Notes under the pieces: generated by a model
The model's input: the letters and a program-made list of their open reading frames with translations, nothing else
The model's database searches: none
What the model was told of the DNA's origin: nothing
Part shown: positions 8,801 to 19,000 of the stretch, in pieces
How positions within the stretch are numbered: the stretch's first letter is position 1
How the letters are laid out: each line of letters opens with the position of its first letter
Source: Giardia intestinalis
Lineage: Eukaryota
Direction: 5' to 3' (one strand)
DNA length: 64,000 bases
NCBI GenBank assembly: GCA_000002435.2
Contig: CM018791.1
Made by a program: the position numbers and the translations under genes

Positions 8801-11017
8801 CTACTCTGGTATCTCGGAGCCGTACTGTTTAAGTAAGGCATCGACATTATCCTGTTCTTGATACCCTTCTAGCTGATCGTCTTCTTCTAGTTTTAGAGCC
8901 GTGTTCAACAACTCATTGGCCATACCAAGCGTAAGTGGTGCTCTTGTGGACTCAGCTAGCAAGGCTGACCCTAATGTGGTGGGCTGTACAGTTGCGCTAA
9001 ATCCCTTTTCAACGTCCACATAGTCCTCGACCTCGTCAACGGTCATAACCTGTCTCAAATGCCTGTTTTCTATGACCACCTGCGCCATCATCTTTGAAAG
9101 TTTTTTGTTTGTTTCGTTGAGCCTCTTAATAGTCTCCTGGTCGAGAATAATGCGTGCCTTCAACTCGCTTATCTTTTCGCGCTCAGCTGATAGCTGCTTT
9201 TCAAGAGCTCGCTTGGCTCTAGAATTTTCTTTAATTTTATCTGTTGATAACTTGATATTTTGCTCGTACTCTGCTAAGATTGCTTTGAGCTTTAAGGAAC
9301 TATCGACATTATCCGCCACTTTTTGCTCCAGCTTGCTTGACAATGTGGTTATAACAGCGTTGGCACTGGTAAGGTCTGCTATTTCAGCCCGCTGGAGCTC
9401 TATCTGTTCTTGTAACCCTACATTCTCCTTTTTTAGAGCCGCAATTTGGTTTCTGCCCACATCTACCTCCGATTGAAGGGATGACATTACCCGCTCGCGC
9501 TCCTGGACTTCTGACTGCATCTGCATGGCGAATCTATCTCTATTGCTGAGAGTAGCATTGTTGGATACTTTGAGTTGCATGTTTTCGGAAGTAAGTGACG
9601 AAATTTGATGTTTAAGCCTTGCATTTTCGGTTGTCAGCTTTGCACAATTTATGCATCCAGGGTTTGGAATTTGCATGTTATATGGCAAGGGGTGCTGTGG
9701 AGCAGGTGGCAACTGCTGATATGGCTGTGATGTCATTGAGATTGTCAGTGAAGTGTCCACATGACTCTGAGTGTGTGGCTGAGCGTGAGGCGAGGAGCTA
9801 TGCCGAGGCCCCATAGAACATGGATGCACAGTGTTTGGAGACGAGCTTCTGCTATGCCTGTTAGAGTGGGGATTTTCTGCACCGTAAAGATTTCCTGAAA
9901 TTTGCCGTATTTTAGAAGTGGCTACGTCGTACTCTGGAGACATGGAGACGTGTGCCCGCTGGGCAGGGAGATTTGCAGTAGAAACACTTGGGCGATTAAT
10001 ACTAACGTCGCTGCTGGTCGAAGGTGCCGTTAAATTATCTGACTCAAGTCCTGAAAGTACACCGTTACCAGAGGGAACACAAGAAGCAGGGCGATACGGC
10101 TCAGGAATTACATCATCCTGAAAGAGGTCGGCATTATCTACATCATCAATGTCATCGCTAGTAACGTTATGCACTACCGGCTGTGTCCTAATGGATGGAT
10201 TTTGCATTGGCCTAGGGGTAAACTGGTTAATACCACGTGATGTAAGGATGTGATTCGTACTGGTATTACTAATGTCACTGGCACCCTCGTCTTCTCGCTC
10301 CAGGAGGGGTTCCCCACTGGTTGAGCCAGGCAGAGTGCGGCTCTTGGCCGTCAGAGCTGCAATTGTCCGGTCCTTCTGCATCAGCATTGCTGTCATATTA
10401 TTTAGATTACTATTCTTGGCCTTTAAGTCTTCTTTAAGCTGCATGATCTGAGAGTTTAGGAGCTTGACCTCCTCTGGATTTACCGTGTCTGCACTGCTCC
10501 TACTAGACCCAGATTGGGAACCTTTCCTAACCTTTGTATAGGCAGAAAGCTGGCTCTCGAGGGCCTTGTTTTTAGATTTTAGATGTGACACCTCTACCTT
10601 TAGATTATCTTCGCGCTTTGTTACCTCTGCTCCAAAGGCTCTCAAGTTTCTCACTTCGCTTTCCAGCGCATGGAGCTCTGCAGCAAATGTCAGTGGACCG
10701 CGGTGGACAAGTGGTACGGGCTCAGGGACAGAGTATCCTAGCGCTTGGGCATCCTGCATTTCATGAAGTCGCATATAGAGATCGTTATTCTCAGCAAGAA
10801 GCTGTTGATTATCAGCTTGTAATGGATCAATCATCTTCGTCTGATAATCTATAGTATTTTGAAGAGAAGTCATCTGTTTCTTGCTCTGACTTAGTTGCGC
10901 CCGTAAGCCAGCCATATCCGAACTCATGTGAGAAACCAGTGGGACAGCATCATCTGGAAGAGGTTCTTGGTATCCGTAGTTATCTAGAATCTGCCGCAAA
11001 TGACCTGTCCCCGACAT
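8801..11017 (-). CDS. Coiled-coil protein (738 aa) with a central Ser/Pro/Thr-rich disordered linker (approx. nt 9607-10522)
   Basis: Heptad-rich N- and C-terminal segments (LKAKNSNLNNMTAMLMQKDRTIAAL..., LKKENVGLQEQIELQRAEIADL...). ATG at 11017 preceded by aaaatttaaaattt. Confidence 0.7.
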   Translation of the reverse strand: MSGTGHLRQILDNYGYQEPLPDDAVPLVSHMSSDMAGLRAQLSQSKKQMTSLQNTIDYQTKMIDPLQADNQQLLAENNDLYMRLHEMQDAQALGYSVPEPVPLVHRGPLTFAAELHALESEVRNLRAFGAEVTKREDNLKVEVSHLKSKNKALESQLSAYTKVRKGSQSGSSRSSADTVNPEEVKLLNSQIMQLKEDLKAKNSNLNNMTAMLMQKDRTIAALTAKSRTLPGSTSGEPLLEREDEGASDISNTSTNHILTSRGINQFTPRPMQNPSIRTQPVVHNVTSDDIDDVDNADLFQDDVIPEPYRPASCVPSGNGVLSGLESDNLTAPSTSSDVSINRPSVSTANLPAQRAHVSMSPEYDVATSKIRQISGNLYGAENPHSNRHSRSSSPNTVHPCSMGPRHSSSPHAQPHTQSHVDTSLTISMTSQPYQQLPPAPQHPLPYNMQIPNPGCINCAKLTTENARLKHQISSLTSENMQLKVSNNATLSNRDRFAMQMQSEVQERERVMSSLQSEVDVGRNQIAALKKENVGLQEQIELQRAEIADLTSANAVITTLSSKLEQKVADNVDSSLKLKAILAEYEQNIKLSTDKIKENSRAKRALEKQLSAEREKISELKARIILDQETIKRLNETNKKLSKMMAQVVIENRHLRQVMTVDEVEDYVDVEKGFSATVQPTTLGSALLAESTRAPLTLGMANELLNTALKLEEDDQLEGYQEQDNVDALLKQYGSEIPE

Positions 11018-11148
11018 CGAGAAATTTTAAATTTTGAATAGATTTACCTGTGCAGGGAACATAGACGCAAGGAGATTAGCCTCGAACACACTGTGCCTGC
11101 ACTACCTCATATGGAAAGAGCAAGAGGCGTAAACCTCCCCACTTTCTA

Positions 11149-13203
11149 CTACTGGTCTACACTACTGCTCAATTTAGAAATATGCATGAGAAAGTTCTCA
11201 ATCGTGTAGATAGGACAATTGGTAGATTGTAGGAGTACGGTATTAAAATCTGCTACTAACTTCGTGCGCACGGCGGTATATTGAAAGTACCTTTGTTTAA
11301 TTGGAAGACGCTGTATACGTTTGTGCATAAGAAGCGATAGTCCAACTATCACTCTAAAAATACCATCAAATATTGGAGCAGGCGCATTAGCTGTCAACGG
11401 AATCATAAAGTGCTCAGAGGTACTAAAGTATTCCCAGAAGTTATCGTGAAACCTCTTCCATGGTCCATACCTGATCTTTGGATTTAAGACACCAGTTTTG
11501 GTATCCTTCATTGGATCTGCTAACTCTAAGGCTTCCGTTGCGAACTTCTGCACTTTCGACTGAAAGAGATCGATAAGTAAGACCTTATACGTGTCGGCCT
11601 TTACCTGAATTGTCTCAGTTATGGGTGTTGTTGCTAACTCCTTGGCCGTTACCAGACATTCAGCGGTCAATGTATTCTCCGATGACTTGCTACTACCAGC
11701 GCCAGTATTTAATTTGTTAGCTGCTGTTATTTGAGCATTAACAAATTCAGAGTACCGTACGGTAAAGTCTAGTGTTAACAACGTTATGAATGGGGTAGTG
11801 GTGATAATCTTCCGAGCAACGTCGTCCATAGTAAAAATGTAATGGGTAATGTCCAGCAAAGATAACGCTATAGGGTATGAATACGTCTTGGATGCCCCAA
11901 TGGGGTCGTTGAGTAGCAACTCCATAGCAGCAAGAGCATCATCTTTATCTGATAAGGATCGCACAGACTCTCGGATTTGCTCAGACATCTTCCTTGCGCA
12001 AACAAATAGCATATGATTAACCCTATCCAGTTCATCTCCATAGTCACCATATGACTCAGAAAAGAGGATGTCCGGATATTGGTCGGCAAAAATGCGTAAA
12101 GCTATTAGGGCCAGCAGACTGGATGCCCGGAAGTCTGTTAGAGGTGATACGCCCTGGAATCCGATCATGTGCCAAAAGAATGGATCAACGGTCGTTGTTC
12201 GCTCGCAGGAATCTATGATTTGTCGCCGAATAACTTCAAACAGTCCCCAGTGCTTCACTATCAGGCCAGGAGCGGATTGGAAATCTAAGCTTCTGAGGTA
12301 ATTAAGGTACCGATTTTTAGCCAACAATACTTTGCCAATCCCACACAGTAGCGACATGTGGACCGTGTTATTAGAAGAAATGTGCAGGGGGCGGAGGTCC
12401 ATATAACCGTCTATTTTGGTTTGAAGGACACTTAGACCCGTTGCTAGAAATGTTAGCACGCGCTTATGAACATTTTTCATTATTGCATGCATCTCCTCCA
12501 CGATCTCACCAAGTTCTGATGCACACTTCATGATAGGTGTATCTGGCTTAGATGGACTAACTCCTCTTGGCGCAGGTGACTCTGGGGAGGTGTTATTGGA
12601 TACATTATTGGATATGAAGCTGCCACTTATTGTGAGGGAGTCAGAGAGTGCGCTAGGATAGATTGATTGTTTAAAGAGGGTGGACTGGATGATATTTTTG
12701 CCAAACAACAACCCTATTTGACGCAGCTTCTTACTATTCTCCTTTGTTTTGAAGAGGATTGATATGCCAGTGGATCCATACTGGACTGTAGAAAGCCCTT
12801 GCTCATCAGATGCAGCCTGCAAGTCATGGTATTCTATCAAGCAAACACAGCTAATATCGGTTATTAACGGGCTTCGCAGAAGCAATGGAAACATGTTATT
12901 ATAATCGTACAGAGTAGGGGATTTTTTAGTCGATTGCCGAAGAGTCTCAACAAAGAGGTCATTGTCGGAGTTGGTATCCTGAGGGGAAGTGAATAAAATG
13001 TTGCTGGGTTTTACGCAGCTCTTCTTCTCCAGAGTCTTACAAGGAACGAACAATAGGTCAAAGGTCGGAGTACAGAACATAGAGCACGGTATTGTATTGG
13101 GCTTCTTGTAGGTATAGGTGCAACCGAAGGACTCTGAAGAAGACTTGACGTGTCGGATATCGAATACCAGACTGACTGTGATGCGATGCCAAAGGATAAG
13201 CAT
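11149..13203 (-). CDS. ELMO-domain protein (ELMOD-like, putative Arf/Arl GAP); alternative start ATG at 13080
   Basis: ELMO signature WHMIGFQGVSPLTDFRASSLLALIALRIF (W..GFQ...P.TDFRG.G.L..L motif). Confidence 0.65.
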   Translation of the reverse strand: MLILWHRITVSLVFDIRHVKSSSESFGCTYTYKKPNTIPCSMFCTPTFDLLFVPCKTLEKKSCVKPSNILFTSPQDTNSDNDLFVETLRQSTKKSPTLYDYNNMFPLLLRSPLITDISCVCLIEYHDLQAASDEQGLSTVQYGSTGISILFKTKENSKKLRQIGLLFGKNIIQSTLFKQSIYPSALSDSLTISGSFISNNVSNNTSPESPAPRGVSPSKPDTPIMKCASELGEIVEEMHAIMKNVHKRVLTFLATGLSVLQTKIDGYMDLRPLHISSNNTVHMSLLCGIGKVLLAKNRYLNYLRSLDFQSAPGLIVKHWGLFEVIRRQIIDSCERTTTVDPFFWHMIGFQGVSPLTDFRASSLLALIALRIFADQYPDILFSESYGDYGDELDRVNHMLFVCARKMSEQIRESVRSLSDKDDALAAMELLLNDPIGASKTYSYPIALSLLDITHYIFTMDDVARKIITTTPFITLLTLDFTVRYSEFVNAQITAANKLNTGAGSSKSSENTLTAECLVTAKELATTPITETIQVKADTYKVLLIDLFQSKVQKFATEALELADPMKDTKTGVLNPKIRYGPWKRFHDNFWEYFSTSEHFMIPLTANAPAPIFDGIFRVIVGLSLLMHKRIQRLPIKQRYFQYTAVRTKLVADFNTVLLQSTNCPIYTIENFLMHISKLSSSVDQ

Positions 13204-13260
13204 CGTTCAACACTCAGTCAGTCAGAGAAAGCCTTCTTAAAAATTGAAAAAAATTGCCCC

Positions 13261-14619
13261 ATGAATAGCCAAGTGGCAAACATCCCCGTTGATCCTCGAG
13301 AGCACAAGACTGCACTGGCTAACTTTCCTCCTTCCTTCTCATTTTACGACTCCATCCCATGCTTGTACGGGTCTCAGGAGCGGTACGAGATTGGCAGGAA
13401 GCTGGGGCATGGCAAGTACTCGGACGTCTTTGAAGGGTACTGCGTGGATACCGACTCTAGTGTGGTTATCAAGATTCTCAAGCCAGTGCGGCGTAAGAAG
13501 ATCTACAGAGAAATTAAGATATTGACCAACCTTCTCGCCGGCCCCAACTGCATAAACCTTCTTGACGTTGTCTCGGTGCGTGACTCAGACTATCCTGCCC
13601 TTATACTGGAGCATGGAGGCCTGTCTCTCGCCCACTCCGTGCAGATGCTCAATGACGAGCAAATTAGAATAGTGCTATTTCAAACCCTACGAGCGTTAGA
13701 GTGGTTCCACATTCATGGAATTGTCCACCGTGACACCAAGCCTGGAAACATTGCATACGATCCCACTAGCCATAGGTTGAAGCTTTTAGATTATGGGCTG
13801 GCCGAGTTCTACTCCTATGGAACGCCGCTCCACCATCGCGTAGCATCTAGACATTACAAGTCGCCCGAAATACTCGTCAATTATCAGCTCTATGACTACT
13901 CTTTAGATATCTGGTCACTAGGTACCCTAGCTGCTGGCCTCATATTTAAGCGTCACCCCTTTTTCAGAGGAACAAATAATATCAATCAGCTGGACAAGAT
14001 TGTTGAAGTGCTAGGCTCAGCTGACTTTTTCGCCATGATCAACAAGTACAATATTAAGCTTTCTTCATCGCGAACTTATGATCTACAAGGGTATGAACGC
14101 ATGCAGTTTGATGCCTTTACAAACCATGACAACCACTATCTGGTGACGGACCAAGCCCTTGATTTTCTGAATAAAACTCTTGTCTACGATCCTGAGAAGC
14201 GTCTGACCGTCCGTGAAGCTCTTCTGCATCCTTACTTTGATTGTATCCGTGAAAAAATAACCGATATGGCAATAGAGGAGGTCAACGATGCAAAGAAAAT
14301 CATGGAGCTGGAGGAGATTGAACAGCAGCTGAAGCCGGCTAAGGCAGAAAAGGTCGAGGACCCTGCAGGCTCGGGGTCATGCAGCCAGCGGCCCCCGCAG
14401 ATGCATAGTATCCTTGGTCTCAGCCCGTCTGCTTTACCGACCTGGAAGACAGATCTCAAAACACAGCACTTCCCCGTTCCCATGTTGCCCTCTGAGCTCA
14501 GTAAGAATCCCAGTAAGTACAGTCAGTTTGATAAGATGTGGGAAGAGTATTGGAAGACTCAACAGATGAAACTAGTAGAAAGCGGGATGCAGGTATATGG
14601 ATCTCAGATTACTTCTTAG
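13261..14619 (+). CDS. CK2A: Casein kinase II catalytic subunit alpha (CK2alpha); upstream alternative ATG at 13186 and GTG at 13150 would overlap the divergent ELMO gene
   Basis: Near-canonical CK2alpha motifs: YEIGRKLGHGKYSDVFEG, VIKILKPVRRKKIYREIKIL, HRDTKPGNI, LLDYGLAEFY, RVASRHYKSPEIL, YDYSLDIWSLG. AT-rich aaaaattgaaaaaaattgcccc directly upstream of ATG 13261. Confidence 0.85.
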   Translation: MNSQVANIPVDPREHKTALANFPPSFSFYDSIPCLYGSQERYEIGRKLGHGKYSDVFEGYCVDTDSSVVIKILKPVRRKKIYREIKILTNLLAGPNCINLLDVVSVRDSDYPALILEHGGLSLAHSVQMLNDEQIRIVLFQTLRALEWFHIHGIVHRDTKPGNIAYDPTSHRLKLLDYGLAEFYSYGTPLHHRVASRHYKSPEILVNYQLYDYSLDIWSLGTLAAGLIFKRHPFFRGTNNINQLDKIVEVLGSADFFAMINKYNIKLSSSRTYDLQGYERMQFDAFTNHDNHYLVTDQALDFLNKTLVYDPEKRLTVREALLHPYFDCIREKITDMAIEEVNDAKKIMELEEIEQQLKPAKAEKVEDPAGSGSCSQRPPQMHSILGLSPSALPTWKTDLKTQHFPVPMLPSELSKNPSKYSQFDKMWEEYWKTQQMKLVESGMQVYGSQITS

Positions 14620-14772
14620 AGGCCTTTGTGTTTTCGTTCTTTATGCCTTCGGGAGTTTTATATTTTAGCGAAGGACAAAACTTTGCCTGCAGAGATACCA
14701 ACGTTGCGTTAGTATCATTGGTAATTATGGGAAAATAAATTTTTCGTTAAATCTGGGCCTGAGTTTATCTGA

Positions 14773-15984
14773 ATGCTGGACTGGAAGGGCTACGCCGCTT
14801 TGCGGTCTCCTACGCATTCGCTGAACCATGCCATTGTAGGGTTCATTTCTCAGTGCCGCGTCGGGCCGGTTGAACTAGATGCTCGAGATCGTCTTCTTTC
14901 TCTCGTTCGTAGTGCCTCGTATGACCTCTGCGCCCAGATAACCTTCGAGGGTTTTGGTTCGTGGGAGGTAGGCTTAGCAAACCCGTCATCTGACATAGAC
15001 ATCCAAATTGTCCGGCCTGGTAAGCGTTCCTTTGCAATACCTCACCTGATTAACAACTTGAAGCAAGCTTTTTCGGTAGTTGACTACCCTGTCACAGTGG
15101 ATCCAGCTTACTTGCGTTTATGCCACGATCAATCTGGTTTGGAAGTGGAGTTGTATGTGTTTGACGAAGGGCGTTACGAGGAATGCCTTTCGCGAAACAG
15201 CCGGGCTATGGCTGCATTCTTTTCTGCAAATCCTATTCTTTGTGCTCTTTACATGATAATCAAGCATTTACTTAAAAGGGAGTCTTTGTACTGTCCGGGA
15301 GATACCGCAAAAGGCGTTCCACTAGAGTACGCGGACGATGATGAAGAGGTCGTGCAGCCGGTGGGGCCTACTGCGCAAAAGCCTGGCATAAGTGGGTATG
15401 TGCTTTGTTGGTTGATAATAGCTTTTGCCCGAAATGGGCTCCAAGAGATGGGCGAAGAGCCGTTACTGGACTCCAGTACTTCGCTTTATACTATTGGAGA
15501 GATTCTCATTTTGTTCTTACACTACTATGCACATGTTTTCAACTACGATCTCTACTATCTGCAGGTTGAAAGCGAATTACGTACGGAGATCTCGAGTCTC
15601 AGAAGAAGCACAGAAGCACGGCACTTACTGAAAGATAAAAGAACACAGTTGAGGTTGGGCATACACGACAGCCCCAACGGAGTCCGAGTGTGCCGGGTTC
15701 CACCAACAAGTACTCTATATGAAGTCATGCGTCGGGTTGTGCCATTGGAGGCTCTACCGCTTGTTATCCTGAACGCAGAGTTAGGCATAAATATTACTGA
15801 AAAGGTGTGTGACTATGACTCAGTCAGAAAACTATTTCAAGACACGCTCTCACTATTGAAAGGATATGTGGAGGGAACAGTCCGAGTACTTGATCTGAAT
15901 ACAATTTTGGGATTCACAGAAGACTACTGGGCGCGGCGGAACAGGATATCTTCATTTGTGACGAAGGGCAGAGCCGTGGCTTAG
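14773..15984 (+). CDS. Non-canonical poly(A) polymerase / terminal nucleotidyltransferase (Cid1/Trf4/GLD-2 family)
   Basis: Pol-beta-type nucleotidyltransferase signature FGSWEVGLANPSSDIDIQIV (GS...GL..P.SDID). 403 aa. Confidence 0.6.
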   Translation: MLDWKGYAALRSPTHSLNHAIVGFISQCRVGPVELDARDRLLSLVRSASYDLCAQITFEGFGSWEVGLANPSSDIDIQIVRPGKRSFAIPHLINNLKQAFSVVDYPVTVDPAYLRLCHDQSGLEVELYVFDEGRYEECLSRNSRAMAAFFSANPILCALYMIIKHLLKRESLYCPGDTAKGVPLEYADDDEEVVQPVGPTAQKPGISGYVLCWLIIAFARNGLQEMGEEPLLDSSTSLYTIGEILILFLHYYAHVFNYDLYYLQVESELRTEISSLRRSTEARHLLKDKRTQLRLGIHDSPNGVRVCRVPPTSTLYEVMRRVVPLEALPLVILNAELGINITEKVCDYDSVRKLFQDTLSLLKGYVEGTVRVLDLNTILGFTEDYWARRNRISSFVTKGRAVA

Positions 15985-16033
15985 CAAGAGGCTCTTGGAG
16001 ACTATAAACAGCAGCAAGTGCTCACAGATATGA

Positions 16034-19000
16034 CTATGTGTTTTTTCTTGTAATGCCGGTTATAACTATGCCGTTTAAAGTAGGCTTGGATGCTGCGTGG
16101 CCACTAAACCTTCTCGTTGCACCGATTGACGGTCTTTCTGTTGAGCGAGAAGAATTAGCAGTGTTTGCAATATGATCATTTTTGACAAGGGGCAGCACAG
16201 GCTGACTTGTGCTGTGTGCTGCATCTCCAATGGTGAATCGTACTATCTGTACCTCACTTTTGGCATCTTTCTCTAGTCGCCACTGAATGTACTGTTCTAG
16301 CCGTGATACCTCTTCCGCAGTCTTGGCAATGCCTTCAAGCTCAACTAGGTTTTCAATAGTGTAGAAGAGCTTAACCCGGAACTCGGCTATGTTCTTTTCC
16401 CGCACACTGAAAGGGTTCTCAGCGACAAATAGCTTTGTTAGAGATCGTAGCTTCTTCAGTGTGTCAAGGGTTTTGTCTCCATTGTGGATTTTATTTGCCC
16501 TGAGATCTAAAAGAAGTAGGGTCCCGTAAGACGTGAGGGGCTCAAGAAATTCTACGCTACGAATGTTACACAAATCGCATTTGAGAGTCTTGAGCTTAAC
16601 TAGTCCAGAGAAGCAGTCCTTGGAGACGGTTATAAGAGGGTTCTCACCTATGTCAAGATAGGTGAGCATCCTACCTACTGCACTGAATGCGTTATTTGGG
16701 AGCGAAGATATGTTGCACCCACGGAGAATGAGGCACTTTAGACACGGGAGCATCGTATTTGTGACCTTTATGGATCCTATTGGGTTATAGGAGACGTTGA
16801 GAGCCTCCAGGGTGTTGGACTTTAGCCCATTAAAAGGGTCTGAGATCTTATTGTAAGAGAGGTCTATTTGGATGAGGCTCGAAAACTCCTTGAGAGATGA
16901 TATATTGGTGATTGCGTTGCCACTGGCAAAGATTGTCTCTGCAGCGGTCACTATATGCGATATTGACTTTTCAAAGTTCAAGGTCATGATCCCGGAGTTA
17001 GAGAGACTCAGGGTGTTCTTGCCATTCCATGCGTTTAACGAAGTAACTATCTCTTGGTTGAGAGAGCCGACCAGCTTCAGCCTGTTCTGCCGTATCGTGG
17101 AAGGGTCTATGGAGACACAATTGAGACACTGAAGAGGAAGCATGTAGATGATGCCAGGAACAGGGTCCGATGGGGGAAGTATGACATGCGTACAGTTACT
17201 GCAACGATTGGACAAAGTGATTGCGACCTTCTCTGCTGAGCTTTTGATGCCAAGGCAGGATACAGTACGTAGTTGGGGAAGATCAGGCAGAGTATCTATT
17301 TCTAAACCTGGGTTGCAGTTCATATGCAGAGTGGTCAATGTCTCACTGTACGTGGCCAGCGAATTGATGCTTGTTATATTGTTACAAGATATGTCTAAGT
17401 CGACGAGACGATCCAGGGAATGTGCCAATAAGTCAAGCGTCTTGGACGTGATTTTGCAGTTGCTCAAATTAAGCACTTGAATGGAGCCATAACTTAGTAG
17501 GTTGCTTGGCTTGACCACAAAATTATATGATAGATCGACTGACAGCAGTGTATCTGGAAGCGTCTTGGGGATGTCAAAGGCCCCTATCATGGAATAATTT
17601 ATATGGTGCCCAAGAATCACAGGAGACAGCTCAAAGTATGTGCGGGCTACAATTGCCGTGCCTGTTGAGGCAGAGGATGGATTCATCAAATTGTAAGTCT
17701 CTGTCATCCACGGAGAAGCATTATCAAGATCAAGAAGTGCCACCATTTCTGTAAGGTCCTTGCTCTCAATTGTTATATTAAATACTTCACAGAGCATCGC
17801 TGGGTTACCGGCCATGTTCTTCCTAGCAATGAGGGGCTTGATCATGCGCCCATTTATTGACTGGAGGCTGGGGAGGAACCCGATGATGTGTAACGCATAG
17901 TACAGGTTGATGGAGGATTGGATGGTGAATGGGTTATCAAAGATAACTATGTGTCTGAGGCTTTGGCGTGTGGCAGCGGACAAACCTCGCAAGAGATCGG
18001 ATACATAAGAAATGTTATTAGAGGAAACGTCAAAGAATATCAGATTGGGGCAATCAATCGCTATCTCTTTCAACATGTTTGAAGATAGATCTAAACACTT
18101 TAAGCTTGGCAAAGAAATAGAGACACTTGTTAATAAGTTGCATGCCAGGGAAAGCCTTTCTGCGCTCGAGTAGCTACTGAGAAGATCAGGATGCTCCTGA
18201 AGCTGTGTAGATGTGAGTCCACAGTTATGTAGGTCGACCATGCGGGCGGTACTTGCGGGCTGCTGAACTGTTATGGAGTCTCGTTCGGTTGCAATCTTGT
18301 CTGGTGTGATCTGGCCTTGATGGGCAATCAGATTCACCAGAGGGGTGAACCTTGGCGGGGCTATTGAGGCAGTATGCCCGGGCCCGGGCCTGGACTTGAC
18401 ACCCCTGGGTGATGTGTTTTCTTGCCCAACCTCTGTGCATGCAATGGCGCTGTCTGGGATAACATTGCTTAATGCATCAATATGTGTCTTGTATTGCTGC
18501 CACACCATGGTCAATAGCCACTGAAGTAATGGATCATGGGAAGAATAGAACAGGGGAATACGGTGCTCAGTAGCCACCATAGGCGAGCACTCCACCACTG
18601 TCTCAGATAACTGTTCAGCCCGTGATTTCTGGGCCACTTTAGACACCGGTCCCTTACGGTAGATAATAGTTGTTCCTACGGTAGTGTACATAGTCGTGTT
18701 AATGTCTAGATGCTTTCTACCATCATGAACAGCTATTGTCTGATCAGACAGCTTGACAGCGATGAGCACTAGGGGCTCACCTATCCGAATCTTAGCGATC
18801 AGATCTAGCAGCTGACCTTCATCATACAAGGGTATTCGACGCAGCCCAGGGCGAATATTGAAGGGGTGATGTTGCCTTTGAGTAGTTTTAGAGGCCATTT
18901 GAAAGTACTGCTTATAAATGTCCTCCGTGAGGACCTCTGTGATCTTCTCGTTTGTTTCCTCCGTTGCCTCTGCCTTCACTATGGCAGATCTGTGAATAAC

